From: a virus
Lineage: Duplodnaviria; Caudoviricetes
Length of the DNA: 25,901 nucleotides
IMG/VR virus record: IMGVR_UViG_3300044849_000027
Location: 1 to 25,901 of that record
Reading direction: 5' to 3' (one strand)
The first letter of the stretch is position 1, and every line of letters begins with the position of its first letter. Below are positions 6,262 to 14,421 of the stretch, one piece after another. A program made the translations under genes and the position numbers. The notes beneath the pieces are model-generated. The model saw only the letters and a program-made list of their open reading frames with translations. It had not been told where the DNA came from and ran no database searches.

Positions 6262-8097
6262 TCACAGCGTCCAGGTTCCCGAGACGGCCAGCACGTCGCT
6301 CGGCTCGAGCGCGTCGAAGCACGTCCCCGTGATCTCGTAGCTGCCAGGCACCGAGTAGGTCTTCGTGATCGTGATCTGCGAGCTGAATGTGCCTACCAGG
6401 GTCTGCGTCGGCTGCGCTGCGAAGCGCTCCACCCCCAGGCCCAGGCCCATGTCGAGGTCGCACACGATCGCGGTGAGATTCAGGTTCCAGTCGGCGGCCA
6501 GGTCGTCGCCGCGCGCGTTGGAGACGTGGAAGTCATTGGCGCCGGAGGTGAGCGAGAGCGTGCCGCTCGAGTGGGAGAACGAGAGCACCGAGAGCTCGGC
6601 GGGACGTGCCGGGCCGTGGAGCCGGTCGAACTGCGCGTAGATCGCCTGGTAGGCAGCCAGGGCCGGCCCGGTGAGGTTCCCGGCGCAGTCCCCGGCGCAG
6701 AGGTCGGTCAGCTCGTCGGGCAGCGCGTAGAGGGATTCGGGGGCGCCGTCGAGCTCGTCGACGAACGAGCGCAGCAGCTTGTAGCCGTTCAGCACGTAGA
6801 CGGCGTTCCCGCGCTGATCCATGGCCAGGTGGGCGAGCTTCCCGGTGCGGTCGCGGCAGCCTTCGCCGGAGCAGTAGCCGCGCGCCCAGCTCTGCAGATC
6901 GCTGGTCTGGTTCACGCGTGGCGCCGCGACCCGCGGATCCCAGGCTGCACTCGCCGGGATCTCCTCCCAGGCGGTCGGGTCGTAGGCGCCGACGAGCTCG
7001 AGCGCGAAGCGCATCACGTCGACGTGCGAAACCTCGATCGACGGATCCGCCTCGATGCCGCGACCGAAGCACGCCCGCGACCAGTGGGAGGGAACCCGAA
7101 TGCCGCCCTCCCAGAGGTCGCCCTTCTTGCCTCGCATCACGGTCTGGTTCACCTGGTCCTGTGTGCCGTTGTCGGCCATGACGATGACGCAGGTGCGCGC
7201 GGGGTCGACGGCGCCCAGCAGGTACGCGAGCGCGCCGTTGTAGGACTCGTCGAGCATCGGCGCGAAGCAGTCCGTTTCCGTGTCGCCGGCGCCCACCGTG
7301 CAGTCGCCCACCGGCGAGTGCCCGGGCGGCAGGTGGTAGGGGATATGGGGGTTCGCGAGGTTGACGACGGTGAGCCAGGGCGAGCCGGCGGCGCGGGCCT
7401 CGATCCAGGCGGCGGCCTCGGCCACGGTCACGTCGTCGCGGTAGGTGGTTTCGGCGGCCTGCGAGAAGGAGTGGTCCCGGCCCGGATCCGGGCTGCCGGC
7501 GGCGGACGTCCAGGCGAGATAGTCGCCCGCGTTGGCCGGGATCATCCCGTCGAGCTCCCACCCGGTGTCGAGCAGGCCGGTGATCTTCGACTCTTCGAGC
7601 GTCGGCAGCGCGAACTCGCAGACCTCGCCCCCGCCGCACGTCTCGTCGTAGAAGCACGGTGCGTCGTCGTCGGAGCAGTAGCCCGCGTCGGTCTGAAAGT
7701 GGCCTTTGCCGTGGAGCCTCGCCGGCACTCCGGCCGCGGCGAGCATCCGCGCGGACCACGGCGCGTCATAGGGCGCTTTCCCGCCCCCGGTGGCCGCGAG
7801 CCCCGTGTACCAGGTCGACGTCGCGAATCCCATCGCATGGAGCTCGGCGCGGGTCGGGCCGCAGAGCGGCGCCGTGTAGGTCGCGCTCACCTTCACCGCG
7901 GTGATTGAGTCGAGCGCGGGCGTCTCGAGCGGGTCGGGCTCGGCGCAGTCGAAGCCGGCGAGCGCGCACGTGCTCACGTCGTCGGTGATGACGAGCAGCA
8001 CCTGGCTGGCCTGGCCGCCCACGTTTCGGCCTCTGGCGGCCGCTGTGCACGGGGCCAGGAGCACGAGCAGCACCAGCAGCGCAAGGGGCCGGTTCAC
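6262..8097 (-). CDS. Formylglycine-dependent (family S1) sulfatase with signal peptide and C-terminal Ig/PKD-like domain
   Basis: Signal peptide NRPLALLVLLVLLAPCTAAA. Motifs in canonical order: VLLVITDD, CGPTR (CxPxR), GKGH, NPHIPYH, IVMADNG, KGDLWEGGIRVP, VSHVDV, GYKL, LY. GTG 8097 is GTGA-coupled; alternative ATG 8103. Confidence 0.9.
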   Translation of the reverse strand: MNRPLALLVLLVLLAPCTAAARGRNVGGQASQVLLVITDDVSTCALAGFDCAEPDPLETPALDSITAVKVSATYTAPLCGPTRAELHAMGFATSTWYTGLAATGGGKAPYDAPWSARMLAAAGVPARLHGKGHFQTDAGYCSDDDAPCFYDETCGGGEVCEFALPTLEESKITGLLDTGWELDGMIPANAGDYLAWTSAAGSPDPGRDHSFSQAAETTYRDDVTVAEAAAWIEARAAGSPWLTVVNLANPHIPYHLPPGHSPVGDCTVGAGDTETDCFAPMLDESYNGALAYLLGAVDPARTCVIVMADNGTQDQVNQTVMRGKKGDLWEGGIRVPSHWSRACFGRGIEADPSIEVSHVDVMRFALELVGAYDPTAWEEIPASAAWDPRVAAPRVNQTSDLQSWARGYCSGEGCRDRTGKLAHLAMDQRGNAVYVLNGYKLLRSFVDELDGAPESLYALPDELTDLCAGDCAGNLTGPALAAYQAIYAQFDRLHGPARPAELSVLSFSHSSGTLSLTSGANDFHVSNARGDDLAADWNLNLTAIVCDLDMGLGLGVERFAAQPTQTLVGTFSSQITITKTYSVPGSYEITGTCFDALEPSDVLAVSGTWTL

Positions 8098-9233
8098 TCC
8101 CATCCGTAGATTCTCACCCGGGCGGCGCTCATGTCGAGGTAGTCGGTGGGGCTGTAGGTCTGCAGCATGATCCCGGTGGGGTTTCCCGAGCTCGCGGCCG
8201 AGTAGTCGACACTGCCCTCGACGCGCACGATGCGCGCCGCGCTCGACGTGCCCCCCTCCCGGTGCAGGAGATCCCAGGTCGCGCGGTACGACGCCCCGGC
8301 GATCGCTGGCATCCAGAGCGTGACCGTGCCCGAGAGATAGTTTCCGACGTTCGTCGACGTCGAGACGCGCGGCAGGCCGAACGAGAAGAAGCCCTCGTTT
8401 TTGCCCACCTCCCATGCCGCGCCGAGGATGTTCGAGTGCCTGAGCGCGCTCTCGTAGTAGTAGTTGCCCCCCGTGAGAGCCGTGCCGGCCGGGTCCAGCA
8501 CGTACCCGTAGAGGATCGAGGGCGCGGGTGGCCCGACCTGCGCCGTCGTGAATCTCACCCCGTCGATCTCGATCTCGATCCGCCGGAGGTGGGTCGTATC
8601 GTTCAGGGTCGAGCCGCCGAGCACGACGTCGTTTTCGGTGGCGCCCCAGCCCGGAGCATCGACGTCGGAGTCCCAGAGCAGCGAGCGGGCCACGAGCTGC
8701 ACGGGCTCGACGAGCTGGTCGGGGGCCTGAACGTAGATGCACGCCTGCCCGTTGTCGGTGGCCTCGCAGGCGAGCTCCTGGGAGTCGCCCGCCGCCTGGC
8801 CGCTCACGATCTCCATGCGCGCCGGCGAGCCGTCCTGGGGCCGGTTGAGCGTGAGCGTGCCGGTGGCCACGTTGTAGTAGAGACACGGCGCGTCGACGCC
8901 GGCGGCGTCCTCGCAGAGCGCGGTGCCGAGCCGGAAGTCGTCGGTCGCGGTCACCGTCGAGGTGATGCCGCCCACGCTCTCGGTGCCGCCGCCACCCCCG
9001 CCCCCGCCGAGGTCGCCCTCGTCGTACTTCGTCTGCAGGTCTTCGGCATCGTCGAAGATCACCGAGTCGGCGTCCCAGGTAATGAGCTGGCCATTGGCGG
9101 GGTGGGCGATCAGGGCGTGAAGAGCGAGAGCGAAGACGCCTGCTCGTGATCGGTGCGCGCGTAGACTCGCAGCGAGTAGTCGGTGGAGCCGGCGGGCCAG
9201 GTGTAGCGGGCCAGCAGGTTGTCGGTTTCCCAT
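8094..9233 (-). CDS. Beta-rich protein in the tail-fibre position, with a possible signal peptide
   Basis: GGAGG RBS before ATG 9233, overlapping the J gene by 124 nt. Hydrophobic GVFALALHALIAHPANG, a Gly8 linker, and a beta-rich C-domain ending RVRIYGWE. The start is uncertain. Confidence 0.65.
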   Translation of the reverse strand: MGNRQPAGPLHLARRLHRLLAASLRAHRSRAGVFALALHALIAHPANGQLITWDADSVIFDDAEDLQTKYDEGDLGGGGGGGGTESVGGITSTVTATDDFRLGTALCEDAAGVDAPCLYYNVATGTLTLNRPQDGSPARMEIVSGQAAGDSQELACEATDNGQACIYVQAPDQLVEPVQLVARSLLWDSDVDAPGWGATENDVVLGGSTLNDTTHLRRIEIEIDGVRFTTAQVGPPAPSILYGYVLDPAGTALTGGNYYYESALRHSNILGAAWEVGKNEGFFSFGLPRVSTSTNVGNYLSGTVTLWMPAIAGASYRATWDLLHREGGTSSAARIVRVEGSVDYSAASSGNPTGIMLQTYSPTDYLDMSAARVRIYGWE

Positions 9234-12200
9234 CGTGCGTCCTCCACGGTCTCGCCGTCGTGCGAGGCGATCACCAGGTAGTAGCCCGCGCCTGCGACGG
9301 CGCCCCATTCGACGCGGATCTCGACACCCTCGGCGGTCTCGGCCTGCGTCTCGGTCGAGAACGTCGGCGCCGCCACCGTCGGGTGCGGGAACTTGATTGC
9401 GTTGACGGCGGCGCCGCTCGACACGGCAGTGTGCGCGGCATCCCAGGCGGTGAGCGTGCCGGTCACCACGTCGCCGGCCGGCACGCCTTCCATCTCGACG
9501 CGGAGCTCGTCGCCCATCGTCTCGTAGACGGCTCGACCGAAGACCGGCAGCGCCGGGGCGCCGACGGCGAACTCGGCCCAGGTGCCCGTGCTCGTGAAGA
9601 GCACCACCAGGCGCTGCCGGGCCGTCGTCTCGAGATGGGTGGCGAAGTAGTTTTCCCAGGCGGCGCCCGTGACGACCGGCGTGGCCGGGGCCGAGGGCAG
9701 CGTGACCACGAGCGGCGAGCCGGGATCGGTCAGGTCTTCGACCTCGGTCCAGAGATCGGGATCGAGGCGGTGCGCGGTGCAGTCGTAGCGGCCGCCGCCT
9801 CCCGCCTCGAGCGCGATCACCCGCCAGAGCTCCCACTCGGTGCCCGTCGCCATCCACGGCATCCCGACGCGCGCGCGGCCCACGTCGACGCCGGTGGTAA
9901 GCGTCACCAGCGGCCCGCCGACACCCGCCACGGTGGTCTCGTGGATGCCGCCGTCGGGATAGGCCACGGCGATCGAGTCCGAGATCGCGATCAGACCCGC
10001 CGCGGTGGCGTCGAGCGTCAGAGTGGAGCCCCCGCCGCTGATCGCGACGACCCGGCCCGAGAGCCGGACGGCCGCGCGGTGCGCGTCCTGAATCGCCACG
10101 ACCTCGCCGGGCGCCAAGTTCATTTCGGCCGCAGGCAGCGAGAACTGGCAGAGCTCGCTCTCGCGCTCGCCGGCGATGAGCTCGTAGCGGCCCTTTCGCA
10201 GCGCCTGGCCCTCGGTGATGGCGCCCACGGCCTTGATCTCGAGCTCCCGCGCCCCGAAGCGCTCCTCGAGGTAGGGCCGTTCCACGACGGCCAGCGGCGC
10301 CTCGAGCGGCCGGTCGGGATCCACCCACCCGACCAGGGCGAGGGTCTTCACGGCCTGAACGCTCGCGCCCGTGTAGGCGAATCGGCCCTCGGCGACGCTC
10401 GAGGCGCCGAAAAACCGGACGGGATCGCGTGGCTTGGCCTGCGCGAACCAGGTGCGGCCGTCGGCCCAGAAGAGCGTCGTGTCCATGGCGGCGCCGATCG
10501 TGATCGCGGCCTTAAGTGCGTCGTCCTTGGCCTGGAACACGTGGCCGAAGCGGTAGCGCCGCTCGGTGCCGCCGCCCCACGCCGCCACGCTCGTGTCGCA
10601 GCGCTTGGCCGCCTCGTAGAGACTCCACTTGTCCACGTCGGCGTCGTCGAGGCCGGCGCCGTAGCGCGAGCTCGTCAGGTAGTCGAGCAGCACGAAGGCG
10701 GGGTTGTCGCTCCAGACCTCGCTCGCCTGGTAGGTGCCGTCCCAGGTGCCCGGGTAGGTGCCCGCCACCGGGTCGTAGCCGGTGGGGATGCGGAGCTTCC
10801 GGCCGAGCACGCGGTAGGTCCGGCGCGGGATCTGGCCGCCCACGACCTCGGCGGGGATCGTGAGCTTGACCACGGCTGAGCGCGGATAGGAGAGCTCTTC
10901 GCGGATCACCTCGGTGTAGCTCTTCACGTAGACCTTGTTCGCGAGCTCGCCGGGCGGGAGCGCGTCGGTCTTGTAGAGAGCGCGCGCGCGCAGGTCGTAG
11001 GGCGGCGGGCCGTAGCTCGAGAGCGGGCCGGTGCGGATCTGGAACTCGAATCCGTTGGGCGCGTAGCCGTCGGCCACCCACGTGCCGGTGTGCGACGTCC
11101 ACGGGAGCAGACCGCCGCCGTTTGCGGCGATGTCCGCCGCGGTGGAAGTCACGACCCACCCCGTGTCGGATGGATACCGGGTGGCGAAGTCGGATCCGAG
11201 CCGCGCGTTCCATGGGTTCGCTCGATCGAATCCCGTGAAGTAGAGCATGGGGTTGCAGAGGATCTCGCACTTGGCGGCCAGGAAGGGCGAGTAGGCAGCA
11301 TTCACAACGGCTTCGGCGGTGGCGTCGGCGGTGAATGTGAAAGTCGCCGGGAACCGATACCAGACGCCCGGATCTAGGACTGGGAACTCCATCTCCACCC
11401 ACGCGGTTACCTGGTCGCCATAGGCCACGCCGGGTGTCCCTGAGGCATCGCAAAGCACCCAAAATTCCCCGAGCAAAAAGCCGCCAAGCCCGGAGAGATT
11501 CCCGTTGTAGGCGCTGCCGCCGTGCGTCTCGATCGCGAGCGGGGCGTCGCCCGACTGGATCCATGGATACTGTGTGTTGGCCCACGCGCCGCCGTCCGAG
11601 CGGATGTCGAGGTCGGCGCCGACCAGCGTATCGACCGGCGACCCGCCGGACAGCTCGAACGCTTGGGGAACCGAGAAGGTGGCGATGCACTCATCTACGG
11701 CCGGGTCCGTGATGGTCCATTCCACGGCGCCATCAATAGACGTCACCAGAGGCGAGTCGGAGTAGCGCATCTGCAGTCCGACAGGCTTGGGGCGGCCGGT
11801 CTGCGTCACGATGAAGCCCGACGGGTCGTCCTCGCCGACCTGCACCTCGATCTCGACGCCGGGAAAATTGCTGCTGCCATCGCTCGCGAGGATCGGCACG
11901 TCGCCGAGGAGCACGCCCGCGAGGCCGCCTTCAATGCCCTCGATCGGGCCCTCAGAGATCAGCTCCACGAGCTCAACGGTGCTCTTGCTGGTGATCGGGT
12001 GACGACCCGACTCGGTAGGGCCGTACTCGCCGGAAACCGTCTCGAGCTCCGAGACCACCACCGAGCCCGTGACGGCGCGGCCGTAGACGATGGGCACCCG
12101 GGCGCCCTGCTGGGTCTGCTGCCCGAGCAGGGGGAACGTGTATGACGGGGCCGCGTCGGCCAGGTCGTCGAAGTTGGCTTTCGGGCTGGGGGACAGCGTG

Positions 12201-12652
12201 CGCACGATGCCGCCGAGCGCGACGACGGCGCCGAGCTTCGCGAACGTGCCGAGGCTCACGCCCAGGAAGGTGGCGTTGAACCCCGCGCCGAGACCGATGG
12301 CGCCGGCCGCGCCGGCGGTGGTCGCACCCACGAACGCGGCCAGGCCGAGGGCGCCGAAGATCAGGGCGAAGCCGGCGAGGATCTTGAACGGCCCCGCCTT
12401 GCCCTCGGCGCCGTAGAGCGCGGGCCGGATCTCCATCGTCTCGAACGGCATCACGGCCACGTAGGCGCGCAGGTCGAGATCCTTGCCGTCGACCAGCACG
12501 CTCCACTCGGCCGGCTCGATCACGTGGCGCGCGCGCGGGCACTGCTCGAGCAGCGCGTGCACGGCCTCGGCCGGGCTCCGCACGTCGAGCGAGATCTCCC
12601 TGGCGCCGAAGACATCGGCGAGTCCGCCGTGCAGGATGATCCTACGAGACAC
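9110..12652 (-). CDS. Fused lambda gpI-like tail assembly protein and gpJ-like tail tip/host-specificity protein
   Basis: gpI motifs I.LHG.L...FG, SPAEAVHAL and QGARVPIVYG...GSVVVS continue in frame into gpJ motifs ELISEGPIEG, YPRSA, WSDNPAFVLLDYLTSSRYGAG, DKWSLY, GQALRKG and PGEVVAIQD. C-terminal FN3-like domains. GTG start 12652. Confidence 0.9.
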   Translation of the reverse strand: MSRRIILHGGLADVFGAREISLDVRSPAEAVHALLEQCPRARHVIEPAEWSVLVDGKDLDLRAYVAVMPFETMEIRPALYGAEGKAGPFKILAGFALIFGALGLAAFVGATTAGAAGAIGLGAGFNATFLGVSLGTFAKLGAVVALGGIVRTLSPSPKANFDDLADAAPSYTFPLLGQQTQQGARVPIVYGRAVTGSVVVSELETVSGEYGPTESGRHPITSKSTVELVELISEGPIEGIEGGLAGVLLGDVPILASDGSSNFPGVEIEVQVGEDDPSGFIVTQTGRPKPVGLQMRYSDSPLVTSIDGAVEWTITDPAVDECIATFSVPQAFELSGGSPVDTLVGADLDIRSDGGAWANTQYPWIQSGDAPLAIETHGGSAYNGNLSGLGGFLLGEFWVLCDASGTPGVAYGDQVTAWVEMEFPVLDPGVWYRFPATFTFTADATAEAVVNAAYSPFLAAKCEILCNPMLYFTGFDRANPWNARLGSDFATRYPSDTGWVVTSTAADIAANGGGLLPWTSHTGTWVADGYAPNGFEFQIRTGPLSSYGPPPYDLRARALYKTDALPPGELANKVYVKSYTEVIREELSYPRSAVVKLTIPAEVVGGQIPRRTYRVLGRKLRIPTGYDPVAGTYPGTWDGTYQASEVWSDNPAFVLLDYLTSSRYGAGLDDADVDKWSLYEAAKRCDTSVAAWGGGTERRYRFGHVFQAKDDALKAAITIGAAMDTTLFWADGRTWFAQAKPRDPVRFFGASSVAEGRFAYTGASVQAVKTLALVGWVDPDRPLEAPLAVVERPYLEERFGARELEIKAVGAITEGQALRKGRYELIAGERESELCQFSLPAAEMNLAPGEVVAIQDAHRAAVRLSGRVVAISGGGSTLTLDATAAGLIAISDSIAVAYPDGGIHETTVAGVGGPLVTLTTGVDVGRARVGMPWMATGTEWELWRVIALEAGGGGRYDCTAHRLDPDLWTEVEDLTDPGSPLVVTLPSAPATPVVTGAAWENYFATHLETTARQRLVVLFTSTGTWAEFAVGAPALPVFGRAVYETMGDELRVEMEGVPAGDVVTGTLTAWDAAHTAVSSGAAVNAIKFPHPTVAAPTFSTETQAETAEGVEIRVEWGAVAGAGYYLVIASHDGETVEDARWETDNLLARYTWPAGSTDYSLRVYARTDHEQASSLSLFTP

Positions 12653-13424
12653 GGCGGCACACCCCGCACGGAATCCCGCCCCATCGCTCTTTCGGCTCCA
12701 CGCGCGCCGGCTGGGTCGGATCGAATGGCCTGCTCGCGCTCGGGTGGTGGTAGAGCTGACCACCCGGCACGACGAGCGCCGCGTGGTTGTAGACCGGGGC
12801 GTGCAGCCGGAAGAGCACGACGTCCCCCTCGCACGCCTCGGCCAGGTCGTCGCTCACGACCTCGAACCCCTCGGCCCGGATCCGCCCCTCGAAGAGCGCG
12901 CCCTCGGGCTCGCGCCAGAACTGCCATTCGCGGGGGTAGCTCGAGACGCTCACGCCGTAGAGCGAGCGCAGACCGTCGCGGACGGCGCCCCAGCAGTCGG
13001 TGACGCCCCACCGGAAGGGCCGCTGCAGCAGGTGATCGGTCGGGATCAGCCCGCCCCAGCCGAAGGGCTCGGCGCCTCTCGGCGCGATGATCCAGGCCAC
13101 CCCGGTCGCGATCTGCTGGGCCTGGTCCGAGACGCTCGGCCAGGCGCAGCCGCGGGGGTGCGAGTGCACGACGGCGACCACACCCGACGCGAGCGACCCG
13201 GCGGCCTCGAAGCAGACCTCGGGCGTCGACGCGCTGTTGTGCAGCACCTCGATCTGCGGCGCGCCTGGGTACTCGTTCCAGAGTAGCCCGACGAGCTCCT
13301 GGTCGGAGTGCTCGGCCTGCGCTGCGAACTCGGCTACCGCGTGGCGCCAGCGCCGGGGAATCCCCCGAACGGTTTCGGGGCGCCAGCGAAGCGCAGGCGG
13401 CACCCCGAGAGTCTCTTGCTGCAT
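12642..13424 (-). CDS. Lambda gpK-like tail assembly protein (JAB/MPN plus NlpC/P60)
   Basis: VHSHP....PS..D JAMM motif and F.WGVTDCW...NHAAL...HH NlpC motif. The start is uncertain (ATG 13424 or GTG 13403). Confidence 0.85.
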   Translation of the reverse strand: MQQETLGVPPALRWRPETVRGIPRRWRHAVAEFAAQAEHSDQELVGLLWNEYPGAPQIEVLHNSASTPEVCFEAAGSLASGVVAVVHSHPRGCAWPSVSDQAQQIATGVAWIIAPRGAEPFGWGGLIPTDHLLQRPFRWGVTDCWGAVRDGLRSLYGVSVSSYPREWQFWREPEGALFEGRIRAEGFEVVSDDLAEACEGDVVLFRLHAPVYNHAALVVPGGQLYHHPSASRPFDPTQPARVEPKERWGGIPCGVCRRVS

Positions 13425-14074
13425 CGGTCCTCGCTTTCGGTGACGGTCACGGAGTCGTCGCTCTTCCAGAAGGTCGTGGTGCCCGTGTAGGGGCAGGTCG
13501 CGCGGCTGTAGTCCCAGTCCGCCGCCACGGGATCCCAGCGGCGATACGTCCAGAGGCAGAGATCGCGCACGACCTGGCGGCGCGGGGTCTGCTCGTCGCC
13601 GCGGTCGAGCGTGGCTGCCAGCCTGAACTCGAGCCATTCGGCCGAGCGGGTGGCGAGCTGCTCGACGCGGTGTCGGTCGCGGCGCAGGTACCAGGTCGGT
13701 TGAGGATCCACGCCCGCGTCGAGCCAGTCGGTCACGACCTGGTGGCGGGTCACGATGGCGCCGCGCAGCTCCTGGGTGGAGTCGAGGATCGGCGAGAGGA
13801 TGCGCGAGACGTTGGAGACCCGGATCAGGGGCTGCGGCACGGCGCCGCGCGGGTCGACGTCGTAGCCCTCGGCCTCCATGGGGATGGGCACGTAGGCGTC
13901 GCCGTCCCACCGGATCATGGCGCCGTCGGGGTAGGCGCTCGGCGTGAAGTAGAGCGTCGGCGCCGCCGCCAGGATGGGCGAGAGGTCGAGCTGGAAGAGC
14001 TCGACCACGGTCCCGAGCTCGAACTGCTGCAGCCGCTCGTCGACGGCCGGATCCGGCGGCGCGATCGTGCTCAC
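13334..14074 (-). CDS. Lambda gpL-like minor tail protein
   Basis: VELFQLDL, I.WDG..Y.PIP.EAEG, P.IRVSN and four Cys (CLW.YR, CPYTG, DRCSKRLSGC..RF), then FGGFPG. GTGA-coupled start. Confidence 0.9.
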   Translation of the reverse strand: MSTIAPPDPAVDERLQQFELGTVVELFQLDLSPILAAAPTLYFTPSAYPDGAMIRWDGDAYVPIPMEAEGYDVDPRGAVPQPLIRVSNVSRILSPILDSTQELRGAIVTRHQVVTDWLDAGVDPQPTWYLRRDRHRVEQLATRSAEWLEFRLAATLDRGDEQTPRRQVVRDLCLWTYRRWDPVAADWDYSRATCPYTGTTTFWKSDDSVTVTESEDRCSKRLSGCRLRFAGAPKPFGGFPGAGATR

Positions 14075-14421
14075 AGGTCGAACACCTCCACGATCTCGCA
14101 CGAGATCGAATCCGTGAGGGCGGTGGTCGGCGAGCGGTCCCACGAGCGGAGCACCCACTTGCGGGTGGTGCCTCCGGGTGGCACGGCATAGAGCCAATGC
14201 TCGGCGCCGCCGTGGGCCTCGAAGAACGCCACGATGGAGTCGGCATCGGCGCGCGAGAGCGTGTCCCAGCGCAGGCTCACCGCACGGGCGAGCGCGTTCA
14301 GGCCGTCGGCCGCGCGCTGCGAGTAGCCGTCCCCGAGCTTCGTCTCGATGACGCGCGGCGTCGTCGCGATGCGGACGCCGCCCACCGAGGGCGTCACCGG
14401 GGGTGTGAAGGTGTCGCTCAT
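14071..14421 (-). CDS. Lambda gpM-like distal/minor tail protein
   Basis: PRV....GDGYSQR..DGLN and I.AFFEAHGG...W...P. Located directly after the tape measure. Confidence 0.9.
   Translation of the reverse strand: MSDTFTPPVTPSVGGVRIATTPRVIETKLGDGYSQRAADGLNALARAVSLRWDTLSRADADSIVAFFEAHGGAEHWLYAVPPGGTTRKWVLRSWDRSPTTALTDSISCEIVEVFDL

Noticed and set aside
8104-8886. N-terminal extension making the sulfatase 874 aa
   Set aside because: Arg-rich off-frame reading of the upstream gene. The real start is at the signal peptide (8097 or 8103).
8983-9008. G/C-rich tract as a G-quadruplex or regulatory repeat
   Set aside because: Explained by a Gly8 linker in the coding frame.
8094-12652. Diversity-generating retroelement or invertible tail cassette
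   Set aside because: No reverse transcriptase, invertase or TR/VR-like repeat pair was seen.
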